Source: Lama guanicoe | Taxonomy: Eukaryota | DNA: 64,000 bases | Direction: 5' to 3' | Assembly: GCA_013239625.1 (NCBI GenBank) | Contig: MU056311.1 | Span: 62,001 to 126,000, forward strand | In this document: piece by piece, positions 1 through 13,271 of the stretch | How positions within the stretch are numbered: position 1 is the stretch's first letter | Layout of the letters: the number at the start of each line of letters is the position of its first letter | The notes under the pieces: model-generated | Seen by the model: the letters and a program-made list of their open reading frames with translations, nothing else | Told to the model about the DNA's origin: nothing | The model's database searches: none | Program-made: the position numbers and the translations under genes

Positions 1-99
1 CTTGCTTAAAAATGTTTGGTGACCCATCCTTTCCCCCATTCTCCATCCGGCAGGATCGGTACCAGACTACTCGGCGATGCCCGCAACAGCCTCGGTGCA

Positions 100-410
100 T
101 CCCTGGGATCTCAACTGCCACCTGCTTCCAGACTCAGCCCAGACATCTTGCCAACCTCTCCACCACGCCATGAACCGTCATGCCTCCGGGCATTCTTCTA
201 CAGTGTTTTTCTGAAATCAAGGATATTGTTTCTCCTGGAAAACCACTATTTATGTTTCAGAATTCAGCCTAAATACCACCATGGACATAAAGTTCTGCTC
301 AACTCATTGACCTGCTGGCTCCTTTTCAGAGGTCACTTTGCCTACTTCCTGTTTTTCCTGTATCGTATGATTTGTGTGTCTGTGTTGGTCTCTCTAGTGA
401 CCTCTATACC
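100..410 (+). mobile_element. Degraded L2 LINE fragment
   Basis: Weak similarity to L2 3' region (tgcctccgggcattcttc...ctggaaaaccactattt...tcagcctaaataccacc). Confidence 0.4.
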
Positions 411-654
411 AATGGCTTGTACAAAAAGAAAGTAATACTTGCTAAATTAATATTCCATAAAAGATATTTAGGAATTTTCAATTTGCTTGTGAAAATATTT
501 TATATAATGAATTTCTATATATCAGAATATTGCTCTTTCTGTGACATCTTCCTTCTCCACTAGAACCCAAATAAGATGAAATGGCGGATAGCAAACCTAG
601 ATCCAATGGGGACAGGTTAGCACACACCATATTTGAAAGCCAGTTCTATCTTAT

Positions 655-768
655 TTACCTATCTATCTATCTGTCTATCTATCTATGTGTCTATCTACCC
701 ATCCATCCATCCATCCATCCATCCGTCTATCCGATCATCCTCCAAGTGAGGTAGGATGAAAACAAACC

Positions 769-799
<31 letters not shown>

Positions 800-832
800 C
801 TCTTCCTTCCTTCCTTCTTCTCTCCCTCTTCC
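655..832 (+). repeat. Compound microsatellite (TCTA)n/(TCCA)n followed by (CTTTT)n/(CTTC)n
   Basis: Visible directly in sequence. Confidence 0.9.
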
Positions 833-3800
833 TATAAATTATCTATTAATTATCTACCAATTACCTACCTATTAAATTGTCTATCTAGCTGTCATGTATC
901 TCAGTATCTGCCCATTTAGCTACCCCTCTAGCCAGGCAGGGAGAAAGCAAAACTTTTGGAAATAATGCTCTTTTTACTTCAAAACGGCCCAGTTCTACTT
1001 TCATCTCAAAAAGCTAGGCTTTATTAAAGCACTCACAGGACTCTGTTCTCAGACGTGCTATTTAATCTGAGCCTGTTGCTGACTCTGCACCTCCAACGCT
1101 GGGGCTTACGAACAACACGCCAGTCTACAGTGGCACTCGTCTTTGTCCACACTGAGGACTAACAATCCACTATTTTGATTTTTTTTTGAATGGAGCAGAA
1201 GTGAGTCTTTGGTCTAGAGTTTTAATGTACTCTAATGGAAAAATATTTTTCAGGTGGTAGTCAATTTTCTCTCTCTTAAGCAAGCAGAATATTGTGTCAC
1301 TCTGACTGTGCCAAAAGAGAGATGGCTGAAACAGCTACTTGATTGAGGGCTTAATTTTTTAGCTATATTATGATCAAAATTGGATTGAAACTCACATTTG
1401 TGTATTTTCGATATTTACTCTTGTTTTACATGATACATACATTAATTACCTCTTCAAGACTAAAAAATCTAAAAGTCATTTAATGTTCAATAACAGAATA
1501 CAGAAATGACAACACTGTTCAGTTTCAAATAAAATTAATACAGAAAATCATACATAAAAATGCTATAAAAGTTGACAAGGATGTATATTTGAAGCTGGAT
1601 GCAGTTAAGAACTGGACTGCAGACCTGAATCTTGTTCCTGATTCTGTCACTGACTCACTCTGAGAGGGAACTGGGTAAACTGTGACACTCTCTGATCCCC
1701 GGTGCCCTGATCTGTAAGATGCAGATGAGCAAACCATGCAAGGAATTGAGTATCAGCGCATCCAGAACAAACACATGCAGAACGTGGTATCACTTCTTAT
1801 TACCAAAATTATTATTTTTACCTTCATTAACTTTACAAAATTTTCAAAGATGCTCTATCTGAACAAAATATTGCAAGTTATGTATGACCTCCACTATAAT
1901 CCCCTTCTTATGTTACAAAAAAAAAAGATCTTGTAAAAACTTTACGATTTATTTCCATAACTTTAGGCAACACACCAGGCAAACACTGAATGCTAATACT
2001 TTTGATTCTGTTACCAGAAATATCTCTACTTTATGAAATAAGAGAAGGTGTGTATGACTACACCATTTAAATACATCATAAAAAAGATTTAAATACAGTG
2101 TCATGAATAAATAGCCTGGCAGATGCCACAGCAGCTCACAACACTGACTTTGTGACAAAGCAAATGTCATGCTTTGGTTTTTATAAAACCAAAGAAGAGA
2201 ATTTTCCATCTATAGAATCGCAAAAAACAAGATACCAGCTTAGTTCCAACCACCAAAATAAAAGCATCATCCATTTTAGAAGGTTATTTCAATATTTCAC
2301 TGACAAAGAAAGGGGACACAATGCCCCATGATGTAACAATGATTGGACTTTACAGTTCTGTGTTCGCCCGTGACATGTGCATGTTCAGAAAAGAATGAAA
2401 ACTGCATCTCTGGTTCCCAGGAGGAGAGCATCTCCCTGCCTTTGGTGAGAACTGAGATCTGGGCTTTTGTCTTCAATTTGTGCTTGACTTTTGTGTGTGT
2501 GTTTTTTTTTAATTTTTGTCTGGATCATATTTGTTTCATACACCAAATTAAGACTGAACAAAATGAAACTCAAGATCTCTTCCAGCTCTTAAAATCTATG
2601 GCTTTTGAGCTCAAAAACAAGAATACAGTGACGTAAAAATGGCATCTTTGAAAAATGAGACTTAATGCTTTCAGTTAAACATCTAATGCTGTAGGTATTT
2701 AATACCTATAATAAAAGTTGAAAAGCGATTAAAAATTTTTTCATAAAACTCTCAAAAATGATTTCAATATGGGTTTCTTCCACATTCATTTGTGAATCAT
2801 GGATTAACTCTGATCTTACAGAACAGCCAATCTCAGCAACCCACGGTAAAAGAGACACCCTTCATGAATGGATATTTAGAAGTCATTCTTCTAAAACCGC
2901 CGTAATTCAAATCTCCTTAATCCTAGCCCTTTGCAGCGAAAGTCGGCATACAGGTGCTGTTTGTCATGATTACGATGAAACCAAAGGCGGAAAGAGAGGA
3001 TGACTTATTTCTATCTGACGTAACTTCTTGAGTTTTCAGTCAGGAATGTGTTGAGCAGTAGGCTATGTCTGTCACACATTCAGAGATTAGAATTTCTAAT
3101 TGCAAAGGCATTTACAAAAATGGACAGTGTCATTTTTATTTCCCTGCACATATGGGCCAAAAATATGTTTATATAAAGAATTTATTTTCTATTCCCAATA
3201 GTCTTTGCGAAAATATTATCAACTTTCATAAGTTATACTTCTTCTAGAATTAATATAATTATCATTATTATACGTGGAAAACACAGAATTCAAGGATAAA
3301 TTGACTTATCCAACTAACTTCTAATAGGGGAAAAGAAGCCTTTAAACCCCCAGACACACTAGCACTTGTTTATTTATAACACACTTTCCATAAAAGCCAT
3401 TCACTGGGAGCAGACAGCATGCATTTTAAGTGTAATAAATACCTACTAGTGATCAACATTTATCTCAAAAACGGTGGCCAACAACTGAAGAAAATCTCAA
3501 GGGACTTGGGAAAAAATTGTGAGAGGGGGAAAAAAAGCTGAGGAGAGGAAGGTACGAAATGTGAAATGTGTCTCCATGTGTTTTCAGGCCGATGTGATGG
3601 AAGACGGAGCCGTATCATTACGGCCGCTCCTGTGAGCGGAAATGAGACCACACGTGTTGAAGTAGCAGGAATGGAGACTTGGGTTCAGAATACAGGGACA
3701 TAGATTGTTTTTTCCTCCTAAGGGAATCATAAAACTCCGGAGCAGGGCAGTACATGATACTCAAAGGGAAACTGCTGACTTCCCTTCAAGGACCCTGAAT

Positions 3801-4317
3801 AAAGCAGCTCTGTGTTAGGCAGGGCGTTTTGTTCCTGAGCTCGCACGGTTACAAACACATTCTCTGGCTAAATTACAGGCACCACGAAACTGGGAGTTTT
3901 ATGTTGTCCTGCTATCACTGTACCTCCTGAAGTTTCCATCCCAGTGCCTGAGACAAAATGAAATTGCATGAATGTTTGTTCAATGAGTCAAAGTGCTGAC
4001 ACCTAGTTTTGGAGGGTAGTCTTAAAAATGCTGTATGGTTAACACTCCAGTTTAGCTGTCATTTTTAAAAATTAAAAATTATTTGGACTTTCTGTAGGAT
4101 TTGATTTTATTGTTTCATAATTTTCATTCTGTAAAGGATATCACAGAGAAGGCAAAACAGTGCAGAAAACCTAAATTATTCAGAATTCTTGGGCAATCAA
4201 AAGGAACTCATGCGCTATTGTCTTTATTAAACGTAATAGCATACCAAAAACATTGACTTCCCTTCAAAGATCCAATATCTTGCAGCAAGGTTTATGATTT
4301 TTTAGTGTCATCTTTAT

Positions 4318-4432
4318 GGGAATATAAAATGCCTGAGGACAGGGACATCATCTCATTCACTTTGAATCCATCACAGTTTGCACAGCTTGACTTACAGGTG
4401 TTGCTCAATAAAGTTAACTGAATAAATACTTG
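4318..4432 (+). mobile_element. L2 3' end fragment
   Basis: gaatataaaatgcctgaggacaggga...tgctcaataaagttaactgaataaat resembles the L2 terminus (...gtgctcaataaatatttgttgaatgaat). Confidence 0.6.
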
Positions 4433-4669
4433 AATTGATTTCAATAATCTATGTGAAATGTATTTGCACTTACAACATGGTTTGCTTGTATTGAAGCATT
4501 ACTTTTTCCAGTTTGGGTTCCAGAACTCTTTCTAGCACTTAAATGATAAGGGTGACTTCAAAAACCAACATAAAAACAGAAATATTGTTGACTTGTACTG
4601 AAATCTACAGAGTTTATTCTTGCCTAATATAGTGAGAACTCAAAGTCTCTGTGATCAAACGTGAGACTG

Positions 4670-4863
4670 NNNNNNNNNNNNNNNNNNNNNNNNNNNNNNN
4701 NNNNNNNNNNNNNNNNNNNNNNNNNNNNNNNNNNNNNNNNNNNNNNNNNNNNNNNNNNNNNNNNNNNNNNNNNNNNNNNNNNNNNNNNNNNNNNNNNNNN
4801 NNNNNNNNNNNNNNNNNNNNNNNNNNNNNNNNNNNNNNNNNNNNNNNNNNNNNNNNNNNNNNN
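4670..4863. other. Assembly gap (194 N)
   Basis: Run of n characters. Confidence 1.
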
Positions 4864-5742
4864 TGAGCTATATGAGCTGTTTATATATTGTGGATATTAA
4901 CCTTTTGTTGATCATATCATTTGCAAATTATTTCTCCCATTCCATCGGTTGTCTTTACATTTTGCCAAAAGTTTCCTATACTGTGCAAAGGCTTTTAAGC
5001 TAATTATGTCCCATTTGTTTACTTTTGCTTTTATTTCCTTTGCCTTAGGAGAATAGGTAAACCACTATGGAAAACAATATGGAAGGTGCTCAAAAAACTA
5101 AAAACAGAAGTACCGTATCACCGAGCAATTCCACTCCTGAGTATATAACTGAATAAATCTGTAACACTAATTCAAACAAGATACATTCACCGCAATGTTC
5201 ATAACAGCACCATTTAAAATAGCCAACATACAGAAGCAACCTAGGCGTCCATCAACAGTGGAATGGATAAAGAAGATGCGGTACATACATACAATGGAAT
5301 ATTAGTCATCCATAGAAAGGAATGAAATACTGCCATTTAAACAACATGAATGGAACTGGATGATATCATGCTTAATAAAATAGGTCAGACAGAGAAAGAA
5401 AAATACTGGATGTTTTTCCCTTATATGTGAAATCTAAAAAATAAGAGAAACAAATGAATATATGAATGACTGCAACAAAACAGAAACAGACTCACAGAGA
5501 ACAAACTAGTGATTATCAGTGGGGACAAGGAAGGGGGAGGAACAAGAAAGGGACAGAGGACTAAGAGGTACTAACAATGACGTGCAAAATAAACCAGCAA
5601 CAAGGGTAAGTTGTGCAGCATGGGAAACACAGCCATCATTCTGCAATAACTTTAAAGGGGGTATAATATATAAAAATACTGAACCACTATGCTGTACCCC
5701 TGATACTAATACTGCAAGCCAAACATCTTTCGATCAAAAAAT
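4864..5742 (+). mobile_element. L1 3' end with inverted 5' segment (4864-~5052 antisense; ~5053-5742 sense)
   Basis: Antisense ORF2 sequence (gagctgtttatatatt...tttgccttaggaga) joins sense ORF2 end/3' UTR (accactatggaaaacaatatgg...ggataaagaagatg...cactatgctgtaccc) with an A-rich end. Confidence 0.85.
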
Positions 5743-7369
5743 AAGATTGACAAAGCCTTCTCTGTCTTTGTACTTCCACAGACCTTCCAAATGCCTTTAA
5801 GTGCACTCTATCCAAAAATAATATCATTCTTTACTTGCCACACAACCCGAGCCCTTCATGGTGATAGGCTGGCTGCATGTGCATTTATTCACTATTTGTC
5901 CACCCAGAGATTTAAAAGAGAAATACAGGGTTCCGCATAATGGCTTAGCTTCTTCTGAACTGAATAGAGCAATCAGGAGCCTCCCTTACTGCTTTCATAT
6001 CTACGTAAGAAACAACACAATCAACCTGGCTGATAACCTTTTCCTCCAAAGTCTGTCCGTGCTCTAAAATAAAAGGGAAAGTACCTTTTAAAAAGGAAAG
6101 TGACGTAAAGTCAAGCAGCTCATGGCCTGGAGAACTTTTAGATCATCCTAACTGGACGTGGCTTTATTTCCCAGAACAGCCCCTCAGTGATCAGCACACC
6201 AGTTCACACGTAGCTGCCGTACTGGAAGGGTCCCCTTGATTACTTCCAATCTGCATATTTAGATTCTAGATAAAGGTTCTGACAGAACTTCAGAAATACT
6301 CTAAATACAGTGTACTCAAGATTCGGTGCTGATGGGGAATGATCACCACAGGAAACTGATTTCAAGAAAAGCCACCAGAAAGGTAGTTCACTATGTACAT
6401 TTCTTCAGGAAAAGACCCTGGTCAGCCTGTTAAGAGTTTAGTAGTTTAACAAATGAACACCAACCTAGAATTTTCCTTCATTCTTGATATGGTGGCAGGG
6501 TTGTGCCGTTGGAAGGTGAGGAAGAGGAACGCTGGGACTCAGAGACCCACAGTGAAGACAGAGATTGGAGAACAACACCGTTGGTCTCTGCTCTGCAGCC
6601 CAAAACACATGGCTGGGAGCAGGTGACTGTGAGCCGCAAACCCCTCTTCAGGAAGGTACGAGATGATCAAACACGGGACTGAGACGTCTCCCCCAGCTGT
6701 GGTGTGCTGTTAAGGATCATAAATACTCTGCAACTACACACATTTCCACATAAATAATAAATGACCCTTAATGTTGATACTGGGGCTGAAAAGAGAAAGT
6801 TATTAGACAGCAGATTCAAGTCCAAAATTTATGAAGGGCAAACTCTTTGGGAAAATGAATGTGTTTTCCTTCAGCTCTGCTAGAACACACTCACATTTAG
6901 TGAGAAGCTGGGAAAGCGAGCTTCCGCCCCAACGCTGCAATGAGCACTTTCTTCCCACAGGGGTGAGAGCTCGGCAATGAAGATAATCGGTGTGACCTAG
7001 TGGCCCCAGCAAATTAAAATGAAACCGAGGCCCTGGTGCTTTTAACACACCAAGGTGACTTCTGGTTTTCAAAGGAGTTGTGAAAATATCAGGAGAAACA
7101 GGCTCCAAGAGTAATTAATTTCGTCTTACACTAATTAAAGGAAGTATCTGCTGTAGGTCATTTGAGGAGAGAAACTGCAGATTACCGACTTCAGTGCATC
7201 AGACGTAAGGAAGCAAAAAGAAAAATTAAACACACAGGCACACACACACACCATGGATTACTTCCACCTCCTGGCTGCAAGTGGCCTCACCCAGTTTAGG
7301 CTCCTCTGCTCGCTCCCTCTCCAAGTATGCATTGATTAGCTGGTTGTTGCTACACTCAGACGTCAAAGC

Positions 7370-7500
7370 ATGTCAGGACGGAAGGGGAAAGGACTCGACC
7401 ACTTCTTTTTCAGATGAAGAAACTGAAGCCCGGGGAGGTCCCCAGACTAGAATGTAACAGAGCTTAGGCTAGAAGCCCCATCCTGCGGCTCCAAGTACAG
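7370..7500 (-). mobile_element. MIR SINE fragment
   Basis: Core ttttcagatgaagaaactgaagcc. Confidence 0.55.
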
Positions 7501-10500
7501 GGACAGCATCTGAAGGGAACAGGCGTTACTCCAAAGTGGTGTTACGGTGACCTGCCCATTAGGAGCTCAGCAGGGCCTCACCTCGCCCACCGTGTGCGCA
7601 GCCAGCAGCCGAGCACTGCGGCGGTAAAGACTAGGACAGCCCGTGGTGGTCATCAACTGCGTCTACATTTTTGTAATAATGGAAAAGAAAGAAACAAAAG
7701 CGAACGCTGCTTTTGTAGCCGAGAAAGGTCTGAGGTGAGCCAGTCGGGGAAGATTAACGTTGTTTCCTGGGTCGCTCAGATTGGCTACCTCTGAAAAAAA
7801 TAATTCTATTTACTACGAGAAAATCTGCTTGGAAAAAGAACCTTTGCACAGGGGACATTTGTGCTTTTCAGATTTAGAATAGAGATTTTTTTTTTCAGTT
7901 GCAGGTAATAACTTCATAAATCTAAGAATCGGTAATTGGTTTAAAACGAATTGGGGCTATTGCAAATCATGTTTTTTCTCTAACAATGTGTCTATAATTC
8001 TATAAGGTAACTGACTCAGAAGTTGCATTATCCCTTGCCTTACTTTCTTTTAATATGTCTTAAAAGATGTGTTCCTCTGTTTACATTCTACACTGAATTC
8101 GTAAAGGCATTGAGACAAAATGCAAAGTTTGTTCTTGAATATAACTTCATTAAACATATATAAAATGATTTCATAAAGCTCTGCTAGTATTACATACTGA
8201 TTTATTTTTAGCTCTTTGCACGCATGAGGTTCAATATGTCTAAAACTCTCTGGGCTGATTTTTTTTACCTTGTCTAGTAGGGTTTAAGAATTTAAAAACA
8301 GCTTAAAAAAGGCACCCTGTGTTGAAACTCATCTACAACTCTGCCCCTCCATCCTACAAGAGCTAAGATGGTATTTTGCCTCTGAACTCCTATCTGTTTG
8401 AACAAACCCCAGCCCATGCCCAGCATGCACTTGTTAGAAATGTGACATGGTCGGGGTATTACTCACCTACCTCCTCCACTGGCCTCTTTCTTTATAAAAT
8501 ATTCATTTAAGTAAGCGCCACTTTAGCGCAACAGTGCTTAAGCTATGCTGAGTTACGTGGCTGGTCGGCTATAAAGGAAAGGAAACCCACAAGAGGATCA
8601 AGCGTTTTCTGAAGTAGTGGAATCACGGCAGGTGTTGTCTTTTTCTCCAAACAGCGCGGCTTGTCAGTGTCTCCCAAGCGCACAGAACTGGCCGTGCTGA
8701 GCGCGGAGCGCTCATTTGTATGCGACTTTCCCCACCAACAGTCACACTGGTGCTGTTCACTAGATGGACCGTGCGCTCACTACTCATTGGTTCTTAAACC
8801 TTTCAAATAATGTTGATTGTTAGTTTTATGCTTTTGTTAACTATCTTCTATCCCTAAAAAAAAAATTAATGGATGACATAACTCCTTCAAGAATAGCCAA
8901 GTAGAATATGAACTGTTCTGCAAAGAAAGACAGGATTAGAACTTAAAGTTCCACTCTCTGAGCCAAGGAAAGACATTTCACCACCCTGAGAAGCCCAGCA
9001 CGGCTCATCACAAGCTCACTTAGCAGTTCTTTCTGTGTCGCAGGCCAAATGATTCTGAACAAAAGGAAACTGGTGTGTGTCTGAGTGTTGGGTACGTCTT
9101 CAGGTCTCCTGTACATTGGGTAACAGAGTCATCTCTCCTGGGCTCTAAAAGTGGCATGAAAACTTCAATTCCCACAGCTCCTGAGGTCACCCTGGCAGTT
9201 TCTTACTCAAGACCACATCTGGGTGGATCACACTGAACTCCCTCTCCAGATGCCCATCCTCGCGAAGCAACTGTCCTATGCGACAAGCAGACCGGGGCCT
9301 GGGGCCACGCTGGCTGGAGAAATGTTGGACAGGTATCTCAGAAGGAGGCCTCATTTAAAAACAAAGTTACAGAACCACCGATTCTACTGCTGCCAAGCTG
9401 GCTTTCCCTGGAGAAAACTGCACTGGGAGTGAAAGCTGGGGGCCTGAGGCAGGATCCCACCCGAGTGCACAGAGGGCTGGCTGGCCAGGGAAGGGATGAG
9501 CAGCGGCTAGGGGAGGAGCCCCCATTCTATACTTAATCCACTCCTCCCCCGTGTCACTGAGCCTCTCACACAAAGGCCCCAGTCCTCTTCTGCAGGCCCT
9601 GCATAGTGACTGTGTGGGCAGTTTCAGTGTTGGTTGCACTTGGCCACATTGGATGTGAGAGAGATGGACTTTGCCATGAACGACCGACTGGTTCCACCTG
9701 ACTGTGAAGGGTTTGTATTTTGCTAGTGGTCACTGGGGTCCTGAGCAGCCTGTTCTGAAAGTGTCAATCCCGTGACCCCGCACAGAACCTCGAATTCTGC
9801 TGCCACAAGGTAGAACGTATGTGCGTAACTCTGACGTGGACTTCCACACGTAGGGACTCCACCTTTTAACAGTCAGCACGGGTCCTGAGACCCGGAGCCC
9901 ACAGAGGCGGGACGAGCAGCTTTTCAATTCAGTGGTCAGTGGTGCTTGAGATGGGACACTAAGCTGGGAAGCCCAGAGCAGAAGGAAAGGGCCGGAGTCT
10001 GCTGACGGTCTAGCACTGCTGAGTGCTCCACCCTTAGTGGGGCGGGGGTGGAGGGTAAGTCAATGAACAGGACTTTAAGTGCTTTATAGATTTTAATCAC
10101 CCAGAGTCTCCAATTCCACTGATCGCTCTTCCCTTTGAGAAGGGTAACATTTACTACAGGCCTAGCAGAGACCTCATCCGACTAGAATTCCCACAAGGTG
10201 CACTTGGCAAGGGCACCACGTTGAACAGTCTTTGTGAAAGTAACCTCAGATACTTCTCTCGGGAAAAACGAAGCCATCAGAAACATGCAAACTCTTCCAG
10301 AACACGAGAGCATCACGGGGTGTGGAGAACACTCCCAGCCAATCGCCCTTCAGACAACCCAGTTCCAAAACGTTTTCTTCTCTTTTATTCTCTCTCGCGT
10401 GGTCACGTCACATGTTCAAGGCTCCCTGATCATACATGACTGAGGAACACACTTCTTCAAAGTGACTGTGCTGAGGATTTAACATTATTCAACCCGAATG

Positions 10501-10804
10501 TGATAACTGAGGCCAAATCATGATGTGGATCCAAGTGTCACTTGACCTTACTGAGAAATCGATATTTTTTTAAATCTGTCAATGAAGTCGGGAATGCAAA
10601 AGCGTTCTGAACATCCCAAAACACTGCAGAAGCTATATCAGGATGATTCTTATAGAAATGTAAGGTGCTCACTTATTTGCAAATACAATTATTAAATTAG
10701 TAATCTCCACTCACAAGTAATTTCTCTCCACAAAAATAGGGCTTCCCCAATGTTACCTCTGTGGCCATAACTACAAACGACAGTCTAATATTTTACTTGC
10801 TGTA

Positions 10805-11010
10805 ATATTTGTAACACTTACTTAAGATTAGTAACACCAGGAGGCACCATTCTAAGCTTTTTACATCTGATCACTGATCTAATCCTTGTAATATTGAGTC
10901 CAGTTAACATGACTTTGTGAAGATGAGGAAACAGTGTGTCTGAGAGTTTCATGTTCTTTACAGCACATACTGCTCAGGGCAGATATGGAAACTGAGCCTG
11001 ACTGTCCAGC
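10805..11010 (-). mobile_element. MIR SINE
   Basis: aggcaccattctaagctttttacat...taatcctt...agatgaggaaacag pattern. Confidence 0.6.
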
Positions 11011-12049
11011 TGTCCAGTGGGTGCTGTAAGACACGTGAAACAGAGCATTTCTATATAGCCATCCTCTCCAAGAGGGAGCCCCTGAGCAGATGAAAACTAG
11101 AACAAATTATTTCCTCCCTATGACATAAACTGCCAGTCTCAATAATGAACTGGTTTTCATGTCTGGAGAAGTGGAGTTATTTCATAATTCAAGTTCTTTT
11201 AATTATTGAGAGATGCAAACATGCAATTGTCTAACTGTACTAATTGGAGGAGTCCCCAATAAATAAAGTATCTCAGTGTAGTGGCACTGAAAGTGTTGAG
11301 TTCTTCAGAAGTAGAAAATCTGCCGTGACAAACACATCATCGGAATTCTAATTGATAGAAGATATATTAACTATTAACACAAAGGCGGCGCCAGCTGGTT
11401 AACATTGTGGCACTGTTTTTAATGACCTAAAAAAAATTTATCAGAGTTAAGTAACACAAGGGCAAAATCATTTACCAGGTTTCCATCCTACCGAGGGTCC
11501 TATCGCATCCCCAGGGGAGCTGGACCATCAGAGGTGTAAAGGTTGAATGTTGCACTTCTCTACCTGCAAGGATAATATTAGGTTTTAAATTTAAGCCTAG
11601 AACATTCCTAGCCATACTGTCTTCAGAGTATTATGTCAGGAGGAAACACTCAGCACTGCTCTGTGCACACGCCAGGAGGCACAGGAATGGAGAAGGGGGA
11701 GCAGGTGGCCAGCCCAGCATCCCGTAGGGAGAAGGTGGGCTGCTGGGTCACCAAGAGGCACATGTGCTCCCACGGGAAGACTGTTTGCCTGGACTGAGTT
11801 CTGCCTTAGCTTTCCCCACGAATCTGTGCAAGGCATAATTTCTCTGGACACAAGTAAGATGAGAGAGTGGACTTATAAACCTGAAGGTCACTTCAAGTTC
11901 AAAAATCTCATAATCGATCTCTGCTCATCAGCATGATCTGATAAAAACTACTTGTTTTTTGTTTTAAGGTAATCCTTTTCCATTTAAGAACTATTATTTT
12001 ATTTAGAGAAGTTTGACACAGTTATACAAAAACTCAAACATTTAGACAT

Positions 12050-12690
12050 CAACGTTGTAAGGTGTTAACAGCTTTTCAGATATTTTCACGTGTGCTTAGA
12101 AGTAACTTGGCTTTTCCCTACATGAAAATGGGAACAAAACATACATACTAGTTTGAATTTTCAACTTAATCCACTATCACTGACATATTTTCATACAGGC
12201 AACACCATGTGTTAAACAACGATTTATTTAGCTATTTTATGATGTTGGGCATTTAAGCTCTAGTTTTTCACTATTAGAGGGCTAAAATGAATAAGCATGT
12301 ATTGCTGCAGGATGTATCACATTTCTCAGTTAAAATATCTGATAATTCAGAATTTTGATTGGTATGGCTAAATCATCTCCCTCCCTGGATTTTTCCACAT
12401 ATACATAGCCTAAGGAAGTGATGTCTCTATGCACTTGCTAACGTGTGATAAATCAACTGCAGTTTTACAAATGCATTGGGGAATTAAAAAAAAAGTTGCT
12501 TCTTTTTTCAGTGTTATTTACATTCTGACAACTGTAGGCTAACATATCTTACAATCAAGAGTAAGTTTGGGGATCATTTCCTATATTTATCATTTAAGTT
12601 CTTTCTGCAAAATACTGATTTATGTTTGTTGCCCATTTTTAATTGGGTCCTCGGCCATTTGCTTATGACCAAATGAAGCTCCGGCTATGC
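12050..12690 (-). mobile_element. Old degraded L1M fragment
   Basis: Antisense L1 3' motifs (gatgttgggcattta, tttgttgcccatttttaattggg). Confidence 0.5.
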
Positions 12691-12712
12691 TGATGTATTT
12701 CTATGATACCAC

Positions 12713-13271
12713 AGTGGATAGACTCTTAGGGTGGCCTTCATGATCCCTGCCTGCTGGTGTTTATGTCCTTGTGCAGCTCCCTGCTCCTTGAGGTGGGCAG
12801 GACCTGGGTCCTGCTTCTAACTGATAGAATAAGGTAAATGTGATGTGCTACATGTGACTGTGAGTCCATGGTTGAGACTGCATTTAACACTGCAGCACCC
12901 AACTTGCTGGAGTCTCCCCTTCCTGGGCTGTGAGCCAAGCTGGGAAGCCCTGTGTGACAAGGAACCATGGGCGGCCTCTCAAGGAACCGAGGGTGAGCTC
13001 TGGCCAATGGCCAGCAATAAATGTCAGCTTTCAGTCCTACAACCACAAGGAATGGAATTCTGCCAACCACCTGAGTCATCTTAGGACTGGATCCTTCTCC
13101 AGTTGGGCCTCGGATGAGACTGAAGTCCCAGCCAACACCTTGATCACAGCCTTGTGAGACCACAGGCAGAGGGTGTGTGACCCAGCTAAGCTGCACACAG
13201 ACCTTGACCCACAGAAACTTTAATCCTAACTGTGTGACAATAATGTTACACAGCAATAGCTAGCTGATACA
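12713..13271 (+). mobile_element. MaLR LTR, MLT1E/F-like solo LTR
   Basis: gtggccttcatgatccctgcctgctggtgttt...gcttctaactgatagaata...aattctgccaaccacctgag...cagccttgtgagacc...gttacacagcaatagctagctgataca. Confidence 0.85.

Noticed and set aside
4651-4900. ORFs containing X runs
   Set aside because: Artefacts of the N gap.
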